A program made the translations under genes and the position numbers. This document shows positions 59,015-64,000 of a DNA stretch of 64,000 bases, piece by piece (the first letter of the stretch is position 1; each line of letters begins with the position of its first letter). A model generated the notes under the pieces. The model had not been told where the DNA came from. It ran no database searches and saw only the letters and a program-made list of their open reading frames with translations. The stretch comes from an uncultured Gemmatimonadales bacterium. Lineage in GTDB: Bacteria > Gemmatimonadota > Gemmatimonadetes > Gemmatimonadales > GWC2-71-9. The stretch covers positions 32,001 to 96,000 of the forward strand of contig CAVSQW010000013.1 of the NCBI GenBank assembly GCA_963730185.1, read 5' to 3'.

Positions 59015-59629
59015 CTACTTGAAGAGGGCCATCATGGCCCAGCTGAGCACCGACAGCGACATCGAGGTGAGCGCCACGTCGCGGTGCCAGTGGTTGGCGT
59101 TGCCCGACTCGTAGATGTTGTCGCCGGCGGCGATCACGTAGGTGAAGCCGGCCCCCGCCGCGAGAAAGAGCGCGGAGTGAATCAGGCGCTTCTTCCGCCC
59201 CTCCGGATTCTTCCATCCCTCGATCAAGTTCCAGGTGCCGGTCAGCGTGTTCATGCCGAACAGGGCGGCGGTCGCGCCCGCCAGCGGCCCGTGGATGTCG
59301 CGGGTCCACTGGGCCGCGTCGGGTCCCTTGTTCTTGAGCTGGAAACCGGTGTAGCCCGAGCCGATGAAGAGGGGGATCATCGCCCAGCTCACGGCGCGAT
59401 GGATGCCGAGCCGGGTCAGGTAGCCGTCGCTGTACTCGAAGGCTCGCTTCCGGGGACGCTGACGGAGCGAGTCCGGCACCAGCTCGCGGAGCGGGGCGGG
59501 CCTCCAATCCTGGGTGGCGCCGAACGGGCGGATCGCCAGGGTCGTGGCGGGCGGCGGTGCCGGCCGGACCGACACCGATGCCGGTCCCAGCGCGCCGATC
59601 TGGGCGAGGATGACGAGGGTCCCGATCAT
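59015..59629 (-). CDS. Hypothetical membrane protein with conserved-looking His residues
   Basis: 'FEYSDGY.TRL.IHR..SWAMIPLF'; four hydrophobic segments each near a His (IHR, IHG, IHS, WHR). Confidence 0.65.
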   Translation of the reverse strand: MIGTLVILAQIGALGPASVSVRPAPPPATTLAIRPFGATQDWRPAPLRELVPDSLRQRPRKRAFEYSDGYLTRLGIHRAVSWAMIPLFIGSGYTGFQLKNKGPDAAQWTRDIHGPLAGATAALFGMNTLTGTWNLIEGWKNPEGRKKRLIHSALFLAAGAGFTYVIAAGDNIYESGNANHWHRDVALTSMSLSVLSWAMMALFK

Positions 59630-59636
59630 GGGGTCG

Positions 59637-60122
59637 TCAGACGGCGGGGAGGGTGGCGCCCAACACCAGCAGGGCGAACCAGAGGAACGCGCTGGCGTAC
59701 GCGGTGGCGCGGAGCCGTCCCCGGAGCCGATCGCTCGCGGTCTGGGCCCGGAGCCTCCGGGCCGCCGAGCGAAGACCGGCGCCGTTGGCGAGGAGGACCA
59801 GGAGCATTCCCATCTTCACCCAGAACACCGGTGACCCGATCAGGGACTGTAGGTCGGCGAACAGCATCCCCATCCCCGTCACCACCGTGAGGCCGAGGCC
59901 GATCAGCACCGGCCGGTGCAGGCCCTCCAGGGCGTCGAGGTGCTCGGCCAGGCCCCGGCGTTGCCGGAGGGCCCGGAGGGTGGCGCGGTCGGCGGCGATC
60001 GCGAGCCCCCCACCCAGCAACATGCCGCCAAGGTGGAGCGTCGTGACCGCCGTCGACAGCACCGTCGAGTCGCCGTACCAGTCGGCCCAGGAAGAGACGA
60101 GTCCCGCGATCGTGATCGACAT
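59637..60122 (-). CDS. Hypothetical four-TM membrane protein
   Basis: ATG at 60122 after GGAG; 'LHLGGMLLGGG', 'VTGMGMLF', 'FWVKM'. Confidence 0.7.
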   Translation of the reverse strand: MSITIAGLVSSWADWYGDSTVLSTAVTTLHLGGMLLGGGLAIAADRATLRALRQRRGLAEHLDALEGLHRPVLIGLGLTVVTGMGMLFADLQSLIGSPVFWVKMGMLLVLLANGAGLRSAARRLRAQTASDRLRGRLRATAYASAFLWFALLVLGATLPAV

Positions 60123-60136
60123 CGTCTCCAGCAAGG

Positions 60137-60151
60137 GCAAGGCGAGTGCCA
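60137..60151 (-). promoter_or_regulatory. Second putative sigma54 promoter
   Basis: Minus strand TGGCAC-tcgcc-TTGC with GG-N10-GC spacing. The predicted +1 is only about 3 nt from the ATG. Confidence 0.45.
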
Positions 60152-60292
60152 CCGCCCCCGCCAGGAAACCCACCCTCCGGAGTGCAACTCGGTGCAGAAT
60201 GTCGGGCCCGGACCCACCGGTCGCCCGCGACCGGTGAAGGAACCAGCACGTTCGCCCTCCTGCCTCCCACAAAACGCAAGAGCCCCAAAAGC

Positions 60293-60359
60293 GCCCCACT
60301 CCCTACTCCCTACTCCCTACTCCCTCCCAACTCACGACTCCCCACTCCCTAGTCCCTAC
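60293..60359. repeat. Heptamer array D (C-rich arm on +)
   Basis: gccccac tccctac tccctac tccctac tccc tcccaac tcacgac tccccac tccctag tccctac; abuts the thrE stop. Confidence 0.88.
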
Positions 60360-61561
60360 CCCTCGGTCACTACCCGTTCCCGCACCAGCGCCGCCGCCAG
60401 CAGGAGTCCTGACACGAGGGCCACCGCCGTCAGCATCATGCTGAAGGCGGTTTCGATCCCCGAGACCACCTGGCTCTCGAGTAACGCCGTGATGCTCCGG
60501 AACCCGATGCTGCCCGGCACCAGGATCAGGAGCCCGGGCACGAGGGTCACCGCCGCCGGCCGCTCCGTGATCCGGTTGTACCCGTTGCTCGCCAGGCTGA
60601 CCGCGAGCGCCCCGAAGAACACGCCCAGCTCGGGGCCGAGCAGAGAGGTGCCGAGCCGGGTGCTGACAAAGGCGAGCACCCCGGCCGCCGCGATCCAGGG
60701 CAGATCGCGGCGCTCGGCCCGAAGCAGCACCGCGAAGGCGAGCGCTGCGCCGAGCAGGGCCGGCCAGATGGTCCACTCGGGCGCGGGCACGGGCGTCACG
60801 GCGTGGACCGGATGGCCCGCCTGAGCGGCCACCCGGTAGCCCATGGCGACCCCGAATCCGATCCCGATGAAGGTCATGAACGCGCTGGCCATCCGGGCGG
60901 TGCCGGCCGCCAGATGAGCCGTGGCCAACTCGCCGATCGCGCTGGTCAGCGTGAGACCGGGAATCAACACGATGAGGCCGGCCAGGGTGGCGGTCGGCAC
61001 GGAGTACGTCCCAACGGCCCCCGCGAGCCACGCCACGCCCAAGGCGCAGACGAAGGCGGCGAGCGGCTCGAAGACCCTGGCCATCCCGGTCCATCGGGTG
61101 GATGCCACCGCCAGGAGCCCAATCACGAGTCCTGCCAGGGCGGCGATTCGCGCTTCCGCCCACCCGCCCCCGAGAAAGGCGGCGGCCGTCGCCGACGCCA
61201 GGCCGTAGCCGGCAACCACCGCGGCCGCCGGAGTGGTCGATGACTGGCGGGACCCGAGCCGCTCGCGTCCCTCCGCCGGCGTGAGCTTCCCGCGGAGCAC
61301 GGACTTCGCGATCTCGGTCACCCGAACCAGCCGGCCCAGATCGGGTGGCCTCGGCTCGGTGCGCATCATGAAGGTCCGCTGGTGCTCGTCCTGTCCGAAC
61401 GACGCGAAGATCGAGGTCGGGGTCGTGAAGAACTGCCCCTCGACCCCCAGCCGGCGGCTGGCCACGGTGAGGAGCTCCTCCAGTTGGTTGGTGGCGTACC
61501 CCGCCTGGTGCAGGGCTCGCCCCAAGGTGAGGAGAAACGAGATCGCGGGGTCGAGGGACAC
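60356..61561 (-). CDS. thrE: Threonine/serine exporter family protein
   Basis: 'LGRALHQAG...LE', 'TPTSI', 'LIVLIPGL.LT.AI.EL', 'LILVPGS.G'; about 10 TM. Confidence 0.85.
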   Translation of the reverse strand: MSLDPAISFLLTLGRALHQAGYATNQLEELLTVASRRLGVEGQFFTTPTSIFASFGQDEHQRTFMMRTEPRPPDLGRLVRVTEIAKSVLRGKLTPAEGRERLGSRQSSTTPAAAVVAGYGLASATAAAFLGGGWAEARIAALAGLVIGLLAVASTRWTGMARVFEPLAAFVCALGVAWLAGAVGTYSVPTATLAGLIVLIPGLTLTSAIGELATAHLAAGTARMASAFMTFIGIGFGVAMGYRVAAQAGHPVHAVTPVPAPEWTIWPALLGAALAFAVLLRAERRDLPWIAAAGVLAFVSTRLGTSLLGPELGVFFGALAVSLASNGYNRITERPAAVTLVPGLLILVPGSIGFRSITALLESQVVSGIETAFSMMLTAVALVSGLLLAAALVRERVVTEG

Positions 61562-61570
61562 ACCGGGAAT

Positions 61571-61760
61571 CTAGTGAATTGAGCGTCGTGAGCAGGGAGC
61601 AGGGAGGAGAGAGTACGACGGATCTCTGCCCTCTCACCTCCCTCCTCACCTCCCTCCTCACCTTCCACTCCCCAGTCCCTACTCCCTCCCTACTCCCTAT
61701 TCACTACTCACCAATCCCTATCCAGCCCTTCCGTCCTCCCGACCTCCCTCCCACATTTCC
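61571..61760. repeat. Heptamer array E (G-rich arm then C-rich arm) with internal 11-nt tandem
   Basis: ctagtga attgagc gtcgtga gcaggga gcaggga ... (tcacctccctcc)x2 ... tccccag tccctac tccc tccctac tccctat tcactac tcaccaa tccctat. Lies between divergent genes. Confidence 0.85.
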
Positions 61761-61763
61761 CTC

Positions 61764-62471
61764 GTGTCCCAGCCCATCGCGCTCGTTACGGGCGCCACGG
61801 AAGGCATCGGGCGCGCGACCGCGCTCGCCCTCGGTCGTCACGGCTACGCGGTCGGTGTCACCGCCCGCACCGGCGAGAAGGTCGAGGCCCTCGTCGCGGA
61901 GCTGGCTCAGGCCGGTGTCCGGGCGGCGGGCTGCCCGGCCGACGTCGGCGATCCGGCCGAGGTCGAGGCGCTCGTTGCCCACCTGACCGAAGCGCTCGGC
62001 CCGATCGACACCCTGATCAACAATGCGGGCATCCTCATCCCGCGGCCCCTGCTCGAGACCACGGTCGAGGAGTGGGATGCCACCTTCCAGACCAACGTCC
62101 GCGGCCTTTTTCTCGTCACCCGGGCCGTGTTGCCCGGGATGATCGAGCGCGGCCGAGGCGACGTCGTCAATCTGGCCAGCCTGGCCGGGAAGAACGGCGT
62201 GGCGGGCGCCACCGCCTACAGTGCCTCCAAGCACGCGGTCCTCGGCTTTTCTCGGTCGCTCCTGCTCGAGGTCCGGAAGCACGGCCTGCGGGTCATCGCC
62301 GTCTGCCCGGGGAGCGTCGATACCCCCATGATGCGGGGACAGTCTTCCCTTCGCCCCGATTTCGACCGGATTCTCCGGCCGGAAGACGTGGCCGAAGCCA
62401 TTCTCGGCGCGCTTGGTCTGCCCCGCCGGGCAACGGTGAGTGAGCTCGACGTCCGTCCCGCCAACCCCTAG
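61764..62471 (+). CDS. Short-chain dehydrogenase/reductase
   Basis: 'TGATEGIG', 'INNAG', 'YSASKH', 'CPGSVDT'. Confidence 0.92.
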   Translation: MSQPIALVTGATEGIGRATALALGRHGYAVGVTARTGEKVEALVAELAQAGVRAAGCPADVGDPAEVEALVAHLTEALGPIDTLINNAGILIPRPLLETTVEEWDATFQTNVRGLFLVTRAVLPGMIERGRGDVVNLASLAGKNGVAGATAYSASKHAVLGFSRSLLLEVRKHGLRVIAVCPGSVDTPMMRGQSSLRPDFDRILRPEDVAEAILGALGLPRRATVSELDVRPANP

Positions 62472-64000
62472 TCGGCCCCGGTGGCGCCGGCTGGGCGATC
62501 CGTTCGCGCTGTCGGCGGCGGCGATCGTGCTGGCTTGGCTCGCCTTCGCCGCCGCTGATCTCGGCTCCTGGGTCGCCTGGCCGCTCGGCCTCGTCGCCAG
62601 CGGGATCGGGATCGCCGCGTTCGAGCGGGGCCGACGAATCGCCCGCCGCCGCCAGGTGGCGCTCCGCGACGCGGTGGCCGCCACGGCCGCGCGGAACCGC
62701 GAGCTCGACCTCCTCCGGAGCATCGCCGGAACCCTCCTCTCGTTCCGGTCCACCAGCGAGCTCTTCGACGAGATCGCCCGGGTCGCCCGGCTGCTGCTCC
62801 GGGCCGAGGGCGGCGCCGTGGTCCTCAAGTCGGACGTGAGCGACTTCCTCCGGGTCGTCGCCGGCGATGGACTGCTGCGCTCGGCCCGAGGTCGACTGCT
62901 GCCCGTGGCGGGCTCGCTCTCCGGCACGGCGGTCACCGAGGGTGGGTCGGTGATCTCGAAGGACATGACCACCGACCCCCGCAACCACCACGTCGAGGGC
63001 CTGCCCCCCGAGCTCCGGAGCGCGATCGTGGTGCCGCTTCGCTCCCGGGGGGAGATCATCGGCACGGTGGGCGCCTACAACCGGATCGACGGCGCCCCGT
63101 TCGTGGCGGAGGACCTCGGGCCGCTCCAGGCGCTGGCGGAACAGGTGGCGGTGGGGTTGGACCGGGCGGCGCTCCTCGACGACGCCCGCCGGAACGAGCT
63201 GGCATTGGCCGAGAAGAACCGGGCGCTGGAAGAGGCGACCGCGCTCAAGAGCCAGTTCCTGGCCAACATGTCGCACGAGCTTCGGACCCCGCTCAACGCC
63301 ATCATCGGATTTTCCGACCTGATGTTGGCCTCCAGCGACGCCCTGGACGAGGTCGACCGCGACTATCTGGAGTCGATTGCCCGGAACGGTCGCCACCTGT
63401 TGGGATTGATTAACTCGGTGCTCGACGCCTCGAAGATCGAAGCCGGCCGGATGGCGATCCACCTGGCCCGCTTCGACCTCCGCGAGGCTATCCTGACCGC
63501 CGTCGCCGATACCGAGAGCCTCCGGGCCGTCAAACGCCAGCGGTGCACCGTGGACGTCGGCTCCGAGCCGCTCGACCTGAACGCCGATCGGCAGGTGGTC
63601 CGCCAGGTCCTCTTCAACCTGTTGTCGAACGCGGCCAAGTTCACCGAGGAGGGCGGCTCGGTGGCGGTGTCGGCGGTCCTGACCCGGGTGCCCCTGCCGG
63701 TGCCGGCCGGCCGCCAAGGAGACGTTCCCCGCCTGGAGCTCCGCGCCGCCGCCTGGGTCGCGGTCCGTGACACCGGGATCGGGATCCGGCGGGACGATCT
63801 CGACAAGCTCTTCCAGGCGTTCAGCCAGGTCGATGCGTCGAGCAGCCGCCGGCAGCACGGCACCGGGCTGGGGTTGGCGCTGGCCAAGGCGTTGGTGGAG
63901 TTGCACGGCGGGACGGTGGGGGTGGAATCGGTCGCGGAGGAGGGAAGTACCTTCTGGTTCATCCTCCCGGTCGACGGACCGCTTCGGCAGCCGACCTGGG
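62440..64000 (+). CDS. GAF-domain sensor histidine kinase (runs off the window end; absent from the ORF track)
   Basis: Frame +1 is open from GTG 62440. Two TM segments, GAF ('VVPLRSRGEIIG'), H-box 'FLANMSHELRTPLNAIIG', 'NLLSNAAKFT', 'DTGIGI', 'GTGLGLAL', 'GSTFWF'. Confidence 0.9.
   Translation, partial: MSSTSVPPTPSRPRWRRLGDPFALSAAAIVLAWLAFAAADLGSWVAWPLGLVASGIGIAAFERGRRIARRRQVALRDAVAATAARNRELDLLRSIAGTLLSFRSTSELFDEIARVARLLLRAEGGAVVLKSDVSDFLRVVAGDGLLRSARGRLLPVAGSLSGTAVTEGGSVISKDMTTDPRNHHVEGLPPELRSAIVVPLRSRGEIIGTVGAYNRIDGAPFVAEDLGPLQALAEQVAVGLDRAALLDDARRNELALAEKNRALEEATALKSQFLANMSHELRTPLNAIIGFSDLMLASSDALDEVDRDYLESIARNGRHLLGLINSVLDASKIEAGRMAIHLARFDLREAILTAVADTESLRAVKRQRCTVDVGSEPLDLNADRQVVRQVLFNLLSNAAKFTEEGGSVAVSAVLTRVPLPVPAGRQGDVPRLELRAAAWVAVRDTGIGIRRDDLDKLFQAFSQVDASSSRRQHGTGLGLALAKALVELHGGTVGVESVAEEGSTFWFILPVDGPLRQPTW

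Noticed and set aside
20285..61760. Heptamer arrays as CRISPR arrays
   Set aside because: Units are 7 nt and contiguous, with no unique spacers and no cas genes in the window.

Overview
High-GC (about 70%) bacterial chromosomal window. Gene content and style resemble Gemmatimonadota, which is an inference from gene families only. It holds about 60 CDS. I saw no rRNA, tRNA, CRISPR array, integrase or transposase. Content in order: a peptide/amide scavenging region (ABC ATPase, permease-M1 peptidase fusion, POT transporter, two amidases, M1 peptidase, Asp-box/VPS10-like protein); iorAB-like oxidoreductase; an ECF sigma/anti-sigma/two-HEAT-protein operon; a poly-Pro/Lys-rich histone-H1-like gene; selD with an in-frame UGA and a SECIS-like hairpin; an atypical RNase H; thyA-folA; an ATP-grasp x2 + GNAT + KamA cluster (first three genes heavily frameshifted, probably consensus errors); two tandem SOD/CHRD-like secreted paralogs; two-component genes; and a sigma54 promoter driving a lipoprotein-activator-lipoprotein-TPR module. 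The most striking non-coding signal is a family of five polarised 7-nt-periodic intergenic arrays (TCCCTAC/GTAGGGA).
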